Source: Bacteroidales bacterium
Lineage (GTDB): Bacteria; Bacteroidota; Bacteroidia; Bacteroidales; UBA12077
Reading direction: 5' to 3'
Assembly (NCBI GenBank): GCA_003446015.1
Contig: DMBU01000193.1
Location: 11,833-75,832 of the forward strand
DNA: 64,000 nucleotides
Below the pieces are notes generated by a model. The model was given only the letters and a program-made list of their open reading frames with translations. It was not told where the DNA came from and ran no database searches. Numbering within the stretch: the stretch's first letter is position 1; every line of letters begins with the position of its first letter. The translations under genes and the position numbers were made by a program. Of this stretch, positions 39,392 through 49,432 are shown one piece after another.

Positions 39392-41803
39392 ATGATAAAA
39401 AATTACCTTGTTATTGCTAAAAGAACACTTTTAAATAAACTGGTATTTACAATTCTAAACATTTCAGGTTTAGCAATCGGAATTGCCGCTGCAGCTCTTA
39501 TTTTTCACTACATATCATTTGAAGAAAGTTTCGACAATTATCACCCCAATAATAAAAATATTTATCGCTTAACATATGGAAGAACCATGAGTGATGGCAG
39601 TAATGTTGAGTTCGCTTCAGCATGCCCTGCTATTGCTCCTTTACTTAAAGAAAGCTTCCCTGAAATTGAAAATATAGCAAGACTTGCAGTTCGCGAGGCG
39701 ATCTTTTCCTTTGAAGAAAATAAATTCATAGAGAAAAAAATTTATTATGCTGAACAGGAAATTTTCAATATTTTACATTTTGATATAATAACTGGAAGCA
39801 TTGAAAAAGCACTAACAGAACCTAATAATATTATTATTAGTCAAAGTACTTCAGAAAGATATTTTGGTGATACAGACCCAATTGGAAAGAGACTTAGGCT
39901 AAATAAAAAAGAAGATTATTTGGTGGTTGCTGTGTTTAGAGATATGCCAGAAAATTCGCATCTGAAACCCGAAATACTTGTTGCGTTCCCAAATTTAGTA
40001 AAGTGGCGTGGTGATGAATATTTAGAATCCTGGGGACATACCGGAGCTTTCACTTATCTTGTGCTAAAACCTGATGCTGACCCACATGATTTAGAGAATA
40101 GATTTATTGAATTTACAGAATCGCAAATTGGTGAAATGTTAAAGTATTATGAAATGGTTATGTATTTTAATTTGCAGCCTATAACAGATATTCATTTAAA
40201 ATCTCATCTTTTACAAGAACAAGAAGCAAATGGGGACGAAAAATCAGTTAAGTTTCTATATACAATAGGTATATTCATTATAATCATTGCATGGGTAAAT
40301 TACATTAATCTTACAACATCAAGATCAATGGAACGTGCGCGTGAGGTTGGTGTAAGAAAAGTAGTTGGTGCTGTTCGAGGGAATCTTATAAAACAGTTTT
40401 ATACAGAATCAGCCATAATTAATTTCATTGGAATCCTACTATCATCTGCTTTAATTGAATTATTTAAACCCATTTTCTCTAATATTACTGGTGTTCCAAT
40501 TGAATATGGATTATGGAATAAATTGTGGTTTTCGTTTTTCTTAATTGGAGTTTATATCATTGGTACTTTTGTAACCGGAATGTATCCCGTATTTGTTTTA
40601 TCAGCATTTAAACCAGTTCAGGTTTTAAAAGGAAGATTAATTTCTACAACTAAAGGAATTAATTTAAGAAAAGTTTTGGTTGTGTTCCAATTAATGATTT
40701 CCATAATTTTGATCGACGGAACATTTGCAGTGTTTTTTCAATTAAAATTTATGCGAACACAAGATTTAGGATTTGATATTGAACAAACTCTTGTCGTAAA
40801 AATTCCAAAAGCTATTGATTCTACTTTTATCGAAAAGAAGGAAACATTTAAACAGGAAATAAAAAAATTAACTGGCGTAAAAGGAGTGGCTTTTTCGACA
40901 GAAGTTCCAGGTAGAAAAATATGGTGGGATAATGGAAGTATATTTAAAGTTGGACAAGATGCTACATCAGGAAAGAATTATATGATTATGGGAGTTGACG
41001 ATCAATTCATCGATTTATATAAAATGGAATTTGTCAATGGAAGAAACTTTTCTCGTGAATTCCCTACGGATAAAGAATCGGTAATTCTTAATGAAACGGC
41101 TGTAAAATGGCTTGAATTTGAAAGTCCTGAAGATGCTTTAAATAATCAGATTAACTATTGGGATAACATTTACGCAGTTATTGGGGTTTTAAAGGATTAT
41201 AAACATGAATCACCCAAAGCGCTTCCCGAGCCTCAAATTTTCAGATATTTACCCGACGAAAGCCGATTTGGATGTTTTTCTATCAAATTAGAAAAAGATA
41301 AAATTAAAGACAATACCAAAAAAATTGAAAAATTATGGAATAAGCTTTTCGCTGGAAACCCTTTTGATTATTTTTTTCTTGATACTTATTACGATGAGCA
41401 GTTTAAGGCTGATAGGGGTTTTGGAAATATATTTGGAATATTTTCATTTTTAGCAATATTTATAACTTGCTTAGGTTTATTTGGTCTGTCCTTATATACA
41501 GCTAATTTAAAAACCAAAGAAATTGGAATAAGAAAAGTATTAGGAGCTAAAAGTTCCAGTATTTTAATTCATATTTCGAAAGAATATATTTACCTTATTA
41601 TTGTGGCTTTGAGTATCTCATTACCAATATTATTTTGGGGAATAAATAAATGGTTTCTTACTTTTTCTACTAAGATGTCAGTTTCAATTTGGTTATTTAT
41701 TATTCCCGTACTTATTGTTTTTCTAATAACAATGATTTCAGTGAGTGCTCATACATTTAAAGCCGCAAGACTAAATCCTGTTGATATATTAAAATATGAA
41801 TAA
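39392..41803 (+). CDS. FtsX-like ABC transporter permease (MacB-type, duplicated FtsX domains).
   Basis: About 800 aa. 'MIKNYLVIAKRTLLNK' is the typical start. MacB_PCD-like periplasmic domains are present, with two FtsX 4-TM modules ('REVGVRKVVGA', 'KEIGIRKVLGA'). ATG at 39392 is preferred to the track TTG at 39386. Confidence 0.85.
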   Translation: MIKNYLVIAKRTLLNKLVFTILNISGLAIGIAAAALIFHYISFEESFDNYHPNNKNIYRLTYGRTMSDGSNVEFASACPAIAPLLKESFPEIENIARLAVREAIFSFEENKFIEKKIYYAEQEIFNILHFDIITGSIEKALTEPNNIIISQSTSERYFGDTDPIGKRLRLNKKEDYLVVAVFRDMPENSHLKPEILVAFPNLVKWRGDEYLESWGHTGAFTYLVLKPDADPHDLENRFIEFTESQIGEMLKYYEMVMYFNLQPITDIHLKSHLLQEQEANGDEKSVKFLYTIGIFIIIIAWVNYINLTTSRSMERAREVGVRKVVGAVRGNLIKQFYTESAIINFIGILLSSALIELFKPIFSNITGVPIEYGLWNKLWFSFFLIGVYIIGTFVTGMYPVFVLSAFKPVQVLKGRLISTTKGINLRKVLVVFQLMISIILIDGTFAVFFQLKFMRTQDLGFDIEQTLVVKIPKAIDSTFIEKKETFKQEIKKLTGVKGVAFSTEVPGRKIWWDNGSIFKVGQDATSGKNYMIMGVDDQFIDLYKMEFVNGRNFSREFPTDKESVILNETAVKWLEFESPEDALNNQINYWDNIYAVIGVLKDYKHESPKALPEPQIFRYLPDESRFGCFSIKLEKDKIKDNTKKIEKLWNKLFAGNPFDYFFLDTYYDEQFKADRGFGNIFGIFSFLAIFITCLGLFGLSLYTANLKTKEIGIRKVLGAKSSSILIHISKEYIYLIIVALSISLPILFWGINKWFLTFSTKMSVSIWLFIIPVLIVFLITMISVSAHTFKAARLNPVDILKYE

Positions 41804-41893
41804 AATATAAGTTTTTAGTTGAAGTATGATGGCGATAATTGATTTATCGACATTTTTTTGCGATCTTTTATGAAATTTTAAGATGAACAAAAA

Positions 41894-42466
41894 ATGCTCG
41901 ATAATCTATTAAACTTTATTAATCAATTTGTTGATTTTAACCAGAATGATCTTATTGCAATGCAAGAACGAATTGAGACTATTCATTTAAATAAAAATGA
42001 CATATTTATACACGAAGGTGAAATTGCTGATCGGATAGCTTTTACAAATAAAGGATATCTTAGAGTATACTATAATCACGAAGGTGAAGAAATTACTCGC
42101 GATATTACTCCTCTACATAGTTTTGCAACTGCTTTACCAAGTTTTGTTTCTCAAACTCCATCATTCGAAATTATTAGTGCCATTACTGAGTGCGAACTAA
42201 TTGTTATTAAAAGAAACGATCTTGAATTTTTATATTCAACATTCCCAAAATGGGAGAGATTAGGCCGAAGAATCATAGAAGAAATGTTCGTTGAGTCGCA
42301 ACGAAGGATTTATTCTTTTATAACAGAAACGGCAGAAATTCGTTATAAAAGACTCTTAAAGCAATATCCTGATATGATCCGCGATGTGCCATTGAAGTAT
42401 ATTGCTGATTTCCTAGGAATTAAATTGCAATCGCTTAGTCGTTTACGTAAATCAATAGATTGGTAA
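41894..42466 (+). CDS. Crp/Fnr-family transcriptional regulator.
   Basis: 190 aa with an N-terminal cNMP-binding beta-roll ('IFIHEGEIADRIAFTNKGYLRVY') and a C-terminal HTH ('IADFLGIKLQSLSRLRK'). Confidence 0.85.
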   Translation: MLDNLLNFINQFVDFNQNDLIAMQERIETIHLNKNDIFIHEGEIADRIAFTNKGYLRVYYNHEGEEITRDITPLHSFATALPSFVSQTPSFEIISAITECELIVIKRNDLEFLYSTFPKWERLGRRIIEEMFVESQRRIYSFITETAEIRYKRLLKQYPDMIRDVPLKYIADFLGIKLQSLSRLRKSIDW

Positions 42467-42558
42467 GAATTAGTAGTTTTATTTAACAAATGTTAAGTGC
42501 TTAATCCAATTATTATTAAGACCTTTGAAGGAAGATCAACCTAAATTCAAAATATTTT

Positions 42559-44190
42559 ATGATACGACTATTTGATGAACCATTCGACAAACATTATGAT
42601 ATTATTATTATTGGTGGAGGAATAACCGGTGTCTCGGTTGCCTATGAAGCAGCAACCAGAGGACTAAAAGTTGCACTTTTTGAAAAAGGCGATTTTGGAG
42701 AAGCTACATCAGCGGCTACTTCCAAATTAATACATGGGGGCCTTCGTTATCTCAAAAATCTGGAATTTGGACTGGTTCGTGAATCATTATCAGAACGACG
42801 TATTTTAGAAAATATAGCCCCTAACTTTGTGTATCCAATGCCATTTATGATTCCAACCTACAGCAATTTAAAAAATAACAAAATATCATTATTTGTAGGT
42901 ATGGTCTTATACGATTTGCTTTCGTTGGATAAAGCATGGACGTGGGATAAAACAAAGAAACTAAGATTCCATAAAACGATTAGCGCAAAGCGAACCCGAA
43001 GAATTGAACCTTGCATTCCTGAAAAGAAGCTAACCGGATCAAGCATTTATTACGATTGTCAAAATATAAATCCGGAACGTTTAACCTTAGGAATTTTAAA
43101 TTCAGCTATTTCAAATGGTGCCAAAGCAGCAAATTACGCTAAAGTAAAATCATTTATAAAAAATAATAATAAGGTTCATGGAGTTAAAGTTGTTGATTTA
43201 TTGAGTAATACGGAACACGAGTTTACAGCTGATCTAACCATAAACTGCACCGGACCGTGGACTGATATTGTGCTTAAATCAGCTTCGGATGAAGGAGAAG
43301 TTAATCACCATATTCGCAGATCAGAAGGGATACACGTAATTACAAAGAAACAATGTAAAAAACATGCTGTATTAATGATGACAAAAGAAGGTCGTCATGT
43401 TATGATGATTCCCTGGCGAAATCATACTTTAATTGGTACTACTGATAAGGAGTACAATGGCCATCCCGACGAACACAAAGTTACTAAACAAAGCATACAG
43501 GAATTATTAACTGAAATTAATGCAAATTATGGTATTGAAAAGTTAAAATTTGAAGATGTACAGTTTGCTTACGGAGGTTTGCGTCCTTTAGTTGACAATC
43601 AAACAGAAGCTTCATATGAATCATCACGGAAGTATGAAATTTTCGATAATTCAAAAGATGGCTTAGATGGATTAATCACCATCGAAGGAGGAAAGTATAC
43701 TACAAGTAGAAAATTGGCAAGTTCAGCATTAGAAGTAGTTTCAAAAAAACTAAAGCGTAATCTTGGAAAATCAACCACATCTAAAAAATATTTAGTCGAT
43801 TCGGATATTACAAACATGGAAAGCTTTATAAAACAATTGGTTTTAAGATATCCCTCATTTTCTGAAGCAACAATTAATTATGTAGGTCGAAATTATGGTT
43901 TACAATGCCACACCATATTTAGATTAGCAATGCACGACAAACCCTTATCAGAAGTTTTAACTGAAGATGGCGAAATATTGGCTGAAGTTGTTTATGTTAT
44001 CAGGAAAGAAATGGCCTATACTTTATCAGATATTTTTTTCCGAAGAACCGGTATAGGAACATTAGGTTATCCTGGCGATAAAACATTCAAAAAAGTTGTT
44101 GAAACAGCAAAAGAATATTTTAAATGGGATGATCACAGAACAAAAGAAGAAATTAACAAGGTAATGCAAATTTTTAATTTACCAGAATAA
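42559..44190 (+). CDS. glpD: FAD-dependent glycerol-3-phosphate dehydrogenase.
   Basis: 'YDIIIIGGGITGVSVAYEAATRGLKVALFEKGDFGEATSAATSKLIHGGLRYL' is a GlpD-type opening. DAO domain plus the C-terminal alpha-helical GlpD domain. Confidence 0.88.
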   Translation: MIRLFDEPFDKHYDIIIIGGGITGVSVAYEAATRGLKVALFEKGDFGEATSAATSKLIHGGLRYLKNLEFGLVRESLSERRILENIAPNFVYPMPFMIPTYSNLKNNKISLFVGMVLYDLLSLDKAWTWDKTKKLRFHKTISAKRTRRIEPCIPEKKLTGSSIYYDCQNINPERLTLGILNSAISNGAKAANYAKVKSFIKNNNKVHGVKVVDLLSNTEHEFTADLTINCTGPWTDIVLKSASDEGEVNHHIRRSEGIHVITKKQCKKHAVLMMTKEGRHVMMIPWRNHTLIGTTDKEYNGHPDEHKVTKQSIQELLTEINANYGIEKLKFEDVQFAYGGLRPLVDNQTEASYESSRKYEIFDNSKDGLDGLITIEGGKYTTSRKLASSALEVVSKKLKRNLGKSTTSKKYLVDSDITNMESFIKQLVLRYPSFSEATINYVGRNYGLQCHTIFRLAMHDKPLSEVLTEDGEILAEVVYVIRKEMAYTLSDIFFRRTGIGTLGYPGDKTFKKVVETAKEYFKWDDHRTKEEINKVMQIFNLPE

Positions 44191-44204
44191 ACTTATTTGA
44201 AATA

Positions 44205-45830
44205 ATGAAGACGTACCGCGATATATATAAATGGGGCGATAAACGAGAAACGAAAATTGATCAGGGAACAATTAATGTTATTAAGGAAAAGTTTGGATTT
44301 ACAGATAGCGAACTACAACAAACTCATTTATTAGGAAATCAAATAGTAAAGCTTGATAAAACATGCCAGATAAGTCAGAACATTATTGATCAGTTTATAA
44401 AAATTGTTGGTGAAGAAAATTTAAAGACAGATGATTTTTCCAGAGCTAATCATTCTTATGGTAAATATTATAGGGATTTATTAAAACTTAGAAAAGAAGA
44501 AATTCCGACACCTCCTGATGCAGTTATTTACCCAAAATCAGATGAAGACATAGAAAAAATTCTTGAAATTTGTAATAAGAATCAAATTTCAGTTACTCCC
44601 ATAGGTGGTCAATCGTCTGTTACACGTGGGGTTGAAACTCCCCTGGGAGGAATAAGTCTCGATTTAACTAAACATCTAAATAAAGTATTAGAACTTAATG
44701 AAATTAATTCAACAGTTACGGTACAATCGGGAATGTATGGTCCCGCATTCGAGGAGTATTTAAATCAAAGATCATTTTCTTGCGGGCATTTTCCACAATC
44801 TTTCGAATATTCAACTGTAGGAGGTTGGGTAGCTGCAAAGGGTGCTGGACAGGCATCTACAGGATATGGGAAAATTGAAGATATGGTTTTATCTTTAAAA
44901 GCAATTACTCCAAATGGAACAATTCATACTAAAACTTATCCTGCAAGCGCCCAGGGTTGGGACTTACATCCTGTTTTCATTGGATCGGAAGGAACATTAG
45001 GAGTAATCACTGAAATTACTATGAAAATCCGCAATTACAGGCCCAACAATACGAAATATGCTTCTTTCATTTTTAAGGATTTTAAATTCGCAGTAGATGC
45101 AATGCGTACCGTAATGCAAAGTGGGATAGGAGTTCCGCATTTGTTCCGAATCTCCGATCCGGAAGAAACTGAAATAGCATTTAAAACCAAAAACTTTGAT
45201 CATACTTTTGCTGATAAATTCTTAAATACACTTGGATATAAATCTGGCCATCGATGCTTAATGTTTGTTGCTGTCGAAGGAAATAAATCGTATACAAACC
45301 AGGTAATTTCGTCCATTAAGAAAATAACCAAAAGGTTTGGATCTTTTTCTTTAGGTGCCAGCCCGACAAAAAAGTGGTTAGAACAAAGGTACTCAAGTGC
45401 ATATTTGCGTGATCCTTTAATGGATTTGGGAATTATGACCGATACTTTGGAAACGGCTGTTATGTGGGATAATTTAATTCCTTTATGGACAAACGTACGA
45501 AAATATCTTAAAAGTCGTGAAAAGACAGTTGCTATGGTTCATATTTCACATGTATACGAGAACGGTGCAAATTTATATTTTACCTTTTTAAGCCCTATGA
45601 AAAAAGGAGATGAACTGAACGATTACGATGAGTATCATAAAGGAATTATTGAAACTATCATAACAAATAATGGTTCCTTGTCGCATCATCATGGTGTGGG
45701 AAGAACATTAGCTCCATGGATGGAAAAGGAATTGGGCAAGGAAAATTTGAAATTGATGCAGGCTATTAAAAATCAATTAGATCCCAAAGGGATAATGAAT
45801 CCTGGAAATACATTAGGAATAAAACCTTAA
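44205..45830 (+). CDS. FAD-linked oxidase, alkyl-dihydroxyacetonephosphate synthase (AGPS)-like.
   Basis: FAD_binding_4 'VTPIGGQSSVTRG' and 'GSEGTLGVITE'. C-terminal 'SHHHGVGR'. N-terminal 'YKWGDK' recalls the AGPS N-terminal extension. Confidence 0.75.
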   Translation: MKTYRDIYKWGDKRETKIDQGTINVIKEKFGFTDSELQQTHLLGNQIVKLDKTCQISQNIIDQFIKIVGEENLKTDDFSRANHSYGKYYRDLLKLRKEEIPTPPDAVIYPKSDEDIEKILEICNKNQISVTPIGGQSSVTRGVETPLGGISLDLTKHLNKVLELNEINSTVTVQSGMYGPAFEEYLNQRSFSCGHFPQSFEYSTVGGWVAAKGAGQASTGYGKIEDMVLSLKAITPNGTIHTKTYPASAQGWDLHPVFIGSEGTLGVITEITMKIRNYRPNNTKYASFIFKDFKFAVDAMRTVMQSGIGVPHLFRISDPEETEIAFKTKNFDHTFADKFLNTLGYKSGHRCLMFVAVEGNKSYTNQVISSIKKITKRFGSFSLGASPTKKWLEQRYSSAYLRDPLMDLGIMTDTLETAVMWDNLIPLWTNVRKYLKSREKTVAMVHISHVYENGANLYFTFLSPMKKGDELNDYDEYHKGIIETIITNNGSLSHHHGVGRTLAPWMEKELGKENLKLMQAIKNQLDPKGIMNPGNTLGIKP

Positions 45831-45878
45831 AATATAAATCCAACAGGTTTTTAAAACCTGTTAGGTTTAATTTCAAAT

Positions 45879-47453
45879 ATGAATAACAACAAGAAACAAT
45901 ACGTTGTAGTAATTGATGCCGGAACGCAATCGATACGTGCAGTTATAATCGATTTGCATGGAAATATCTGTGAAATTGAACGAACTGAAATAGAACCCTA
46001 TTTTTCAGAACAGCCGGGTTATGCTGAGCAAGACCCAGAATATTTATGGGATAAATTATGTGAAACTACACAGCGTTTAATTAAACATACTTCAATTGAT
46101 ATTACAAAAATTAACGGTTTGTCTATAACAACACAACGGGGCACACTGGTAAATCTGGATAAAAATGGAAAACCTTTGCGACCTGCCATAGTTTGGCTTG
46201 ATCAGCGTAAAGCAAAAGTTGAAAAGTGGCCTAAAGGAATTATAAAAAGAGGACTTCAAATTATTAACATGCATGAATCGCTTGTTCATGCCATAAAAGA
46301 TGGAGAATCTAATTGGATTCGGCAGAACCAACCTGAAATTTGGAAAAAAACATACAAATATGTTTTCCTTTCAGCATTTTTTAATCATCGCCTGGTTGGC
46401 AAATTTATCGATTCTGTAGGAAGCACAGTAGGATATATGCCTTTCGATTATAAAAAGCAACAATGGTCTAAACCCAATGACATTAATTCTAAATTATTTC
46501 CAATTGAGCGTGAAAAATTAGTTGATTTAGTAAAACCTTCAGAACTTTTAGGAAAAATAACCAAAGAAGCATCTAAACAAACAGGGCTGCCAGAGGGATT
46601 ACCGGTAATTGCTGCTGCTGCTGATAAAGCATGCGAAGTTTTGGGTTCAGGTTGCATTACCCCCGAAATTGCATGTTTAAGCTATGGAACTACTGCTACT
46701 GTTGAGACCGTAAATAATAAATATATTGAAGTTATCAAGTTCTTTCCATCGTATCCGAGCGCTATTCCAAATCATTACAATACTGAGATAATGATTTATC
46801 GGGGATATTGGATGATAAACTGGTTTAAAAAAGAATTTGGGCATAACGAAGTTGAACTAGCCAAACGAACAGGAAAAACTCCTGAACAGCTTTTCGATGA
46901 GATGATTAAGGATATTCCTGCTGGATCAATGGGTTTAACACTTCAACCTTATTGGTCGCCTGGAGTGAAAATTCCTGGTATTGAAGCTAAAGGTGCTGTT
47001 ATTGGCTTTGGAGATGTTCATACGCGTGCACATTTATATCGATCTATACTCGAAGGACTTACTTATGCTCTTAAAGAAGGTGCAATGCGCACTCAAAACC
47101 GAACTGGAGTTAAAATTAAAAAATTGCGCGTTTCAGGTGGTGGTTCGCAAAGTAAAAATGCAATGCAAATGACAGCTGATATTTTTGATTTACCTGTTGA
47201 AAAACCACATACCTATGAAACATCTGCCCTTGGTGCGGCAATAAACTGTGTTGTAGGTTTAAAACTTTATCCTGATTTTCAAACAGCCATAGATCATATG
47301 TGTAGGGTTGGGGAAGTTTATTTACCGAAGTCTGAAAATCGAGATATTTATAAAGAACTATATAATAAGGTATACAAAAAAATGTACAAGCAATTAAGAC
47401 CTCTATATCACGATATCCGGAACATCACAAATTATCCAAAAAGGGAAGAATAA
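45879..47453 (+). CDS. FGGY-family carbohydrate (glycerol/xylulose-like) kinase.
   Basis: 'YVVVIDAGTQSIRAVIID', 'GLSITTQRGT', 'YGTTATVE' and 'LRVSGGGSQS' are FGGY N- and C-domain motifs. Confidence 0.85.
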   Translation: MNNNKKQYVVVIDAGTQSIRAVIIDLHGNICEIERTEIEPYFSEQPGYAEQDPEYLWDKLCETTQRLIKHTSIDITKINGLSITTQRGTLVNLDKNGKPLRPAIVWLDQRKAKVEKWPKGIIKRGLQIINMHESLVHAIKDGESNWIRQNQPEIWKKTYKYVFLSAFFNHRLVGKFIDSVGSTVGYMPFDYKKQQWSKPNDINSKLFPIEREKLVDLVKPSELLGKITKEASKQTGLPEGLPVIAAAADKACEVLGSGCITPEIACLSYGTTATVETVNNKYIEVIKFFPSYPSAIPNHYNTEIMIYRGYWMINWFKKEFGHNEVELAKRTGKTPEQLFDEMIKDIPAGSMGLTLQPYWSPGVKIPGIEAKGAVIGFGDVHTRAHLYRSILEGLTYALKEGAMRTQNRTGVKIKKLRVSGGGSQSKNAMQMTADIFDLPVEKPHTYETSALGAAINCVVGLKLYPDFQTAIDHMCRVGEVYLPKSENRDIYKELYNKVYKKMYKQLRPLYHDIRNITNYPKREE

Positions 47454-47528
47454 TCTCATCCAATTCAAATACAAAAACTTTAAACATATTTCGTGAAATT
47501 ATGTTATAAAAGTGCATAAATCAGAATC

Positions 47529-48170
47529 ATGAATCAGGTATTTAATTTAGATGTATTCGTACTTGTAATCCTAACAATAGTCTGGTGTTTCTTTCATAGT
47601 ACTCTTATATCCCCTGTAATTATTAAGTTTTTAAAGAAAACCTTAGATTCTAAATTCAGGTATTATCGGATTGCTTACAACCTGTTTTCTTTAGGAACAT
47701 TTATTCTGGTTTTGCAATATGAAATGACAATCAGAAAAGAAATCATTTTTGATTGGAAGGCTTATTTTGGAATTATTCGGGTTTTCTTATTTATTCTGAC
47801 AATTGCTCTTTTTTATTTTGGAGCACAACGATATAGTTTCTCAGAATTTATTGGATTAAAACAACTTAACAGGCAAAAAATAAATTTAACTATATCTCGA
47901 TCGGGAGAACTGGACACGTCAGGAATTCATAAAATTATCAGACATCCTTGGTATTTAGGGACTTTGATAATTATCTGGTTAAGAGATTTAAGTATTTCTA
48001 TTATTTATATGAATATTATTCTTTCTGCATACCTGATTATAGGTGCATTATTAGAAGAAAAAAAACTGGTTAACGAATTTGGACAAGCCTATTTAAATTA
48101 TAAAAAGCAGGTATCAATGCTTATTCCTTTTAAATTGCTAACAGCACCAAATTATAAAAATCAGAAGTAG
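47529..48170 (+). CDS. Membrane methyltransferase-family protein (ICMT/PEMT/NnrU-like).
   Basis: 213 aa with 5 TM helices. 'GIHKIIRHPWYLGTLIIIW' and 'EEKKLVNEFGQAYLNYKKQV' resemble the ICMT/PEMT C-terminal signature. Confidence 0.65.
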   Translation: MNQVFNLDVFVLVILTIVWCFFHSTLISPVIIKFLKKTLDSKFRYYRIAYNLFSLGTFILVLQYEMTIRKEIIFDWKAYFGIIRVFLFILTIALFYFGAQRYSFSEFIGLKQLNRQKINLTISRSGELDTSGIHKIIRHPWYLGTLIIIWLRDLSISIIYMNIILSAYLIIGALLEEKKLVNEFGQAYLNYKKQVSMLIPFKLLTAPNYKNQK

Positions 48171-48182
48171 TAAAACCAGTTG

Positions 48183-48584
48183 CTATTTTTTGTAAACAAT
48201 ATCTCTTCCAAATGGAGTAAGAGCTAACGAGGCCAACTTGAAATGTTGATTCCCAAAAGGTATTCCAATAATCGTTATGTATAAAATAACTCCGAAAATC
48301 AAATGTGATAATGCAATCCATATACCTCCAATAAAAATCCATAGAATATTAAATATAAGGTATAAGCATCCGCTTGAACGATTGCTTTGTATTGTGGTTT
48401 TTCCAAAAGGCCATAAAGCCAACAATCCTAATTTAAGTGTTTGTATTCCGAATGGAATTCCAATTATGGTTACCATTAATAGAAAACTGCTAATAAAATA
48501 TTCAATTGCAGTAATAATTCCTCCAAATACAAGCCATAATATGTTTCCCAGAAGTCTCATTTTTTTTATTTTAAATTTCTGCAA
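48183..48584 (-). CDS. YccF-domain inner membrane protein.
   Basis: 133 aa. Duplicated 'GNILW..FGG....I.H......L..TIIGIPFG.Q..KLA.LAL.PFG' modules are characteristic of YccF. Confidence 0.8.
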   Translation of the reverse strand: MQKFKIKKMRLLGNILWLVFGGIITAIEYFISSFLLMVTIIGIPFGIQTLKLGLLALWPFGKTTIQSNRSSGCLYLIFNILWIFIGGIWIALSHLIFGVILYITIIGIPFGNQHFKLASLALTPFGRDIVYKK

Positions 48585-48651
48585 CTAAAATTAATTAAAT
48601 TTTGGCATAAAAATTGAATTTTATATTTGCATTAATTTAAATGTTCAAGAT

Positions 48652-49380
48652 ATGATCACAAAAAGAAATTTAATTACAGGTTTATTCATTTCATCCATGT
48701 TTTTAATATTATCATGTGACGATTTGTTTGATGAGAGAATCGAAGGGAATAATGTTGTTGTAACTAAAATACGTTCAGTGACTTCTTTCGATGAAATAGT
48801 TTCTACAGGAAATTTTGATGTTTACTTTACAGTAGCCGATTCAACATCTCTTATTATCGAAGCTGAAGAAAATCTATTTCCATTTATCACAACCAGAGTT
48901 GGTGGGGAAAGAATCTATATTGAGACTAAAGATAACTACAGACTTGATAATAATGAACCAATAAAAATTAGGTTAACTTCTCCAAATATAGAAGGAGTAG
49001 TACTAACTGGTTCAGGTTTTATAGTGTGCGACAGCCTTTCAGCTGATTATTTTAGTGCTGAGCTAACTGGATCAGGGAAAATTGAGTTCCTTAATATAGA
49101 TGTCACCGAAGCTGATTCTGAAATATCAGGCTCAGGTGATATTACTCTCTCCGGTTCAGTCAATAGCTCTGATTTGCTTATTACTGGATCTGGTAATATC
49201 AAAACACTCGACTTATATCAAAAGTATTGTGAAGCTACAATTACTGGGTCAGGAAATATTTATACAAATGTTGAAGATCACTTAAAAGCAGTAATTACAG
49301 GATCAGGAAATATATATTACACTGGCAATCCTATTATTGATAAAACCATAACAGGCACAGGTTCTGTTAAGAGATATTAA
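48652..49380 (+). CDS. DUF2807 / head-GIN-domain lipoprotein.
   Basis: Lipobox 'LILSC'. Repeated 'GSG.I...' beta-helix rungs (TGSGFI, TGSGKI, SGSGDI, TGSGNI three times). Confidence 0.7.
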   Translation: MITKRNLITGLFISSMFLILSCDDLFDERIEGNNVVVTKIRSVTSFDEIVSTGNFDVYFTVADSTSLIIEAEENLFPFITTRVGGERIYIETKDNYRLDNNEPIKIRLTSPNIEGVVLTGSGFIVCDSLSADYFSAELTGSGKIEFLNIDVTEADSEISGSGDITLSGSVNSSDLLITGSGNIKTLDLYQKYCEATITGSGNIYTNVEDHLKAVITGSGNIYYTGNPIIDKTITGTGSVKRY

Positions 49381-49397
49381 ATTTATAATTAAAAACT

Positions 49398-49432
49398 AAA
49401 AAGAGAGAGCAAATTTCAGGCTCTCTCTTTTT
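49398..49432. terminator. Bidirectional rho-independent terminator between convergent genes.
   Basis: AAAA-AGAGAGAGC-9 nt-GCTCTCTCT-TTTT, a 9-bp perfect stem. Confidence 0.75.

Noticed and set aside
39392-41803. FtsX/MacB-type permease without an adjacent ABC ATPase gene, as a possible anomaly.
   Set aside because: Orphan duplicated-FtsX permease genes are common and multi-copy in Bacteroidota. The absence of a neighbouring ATPase is expected for this family rather than unusual.
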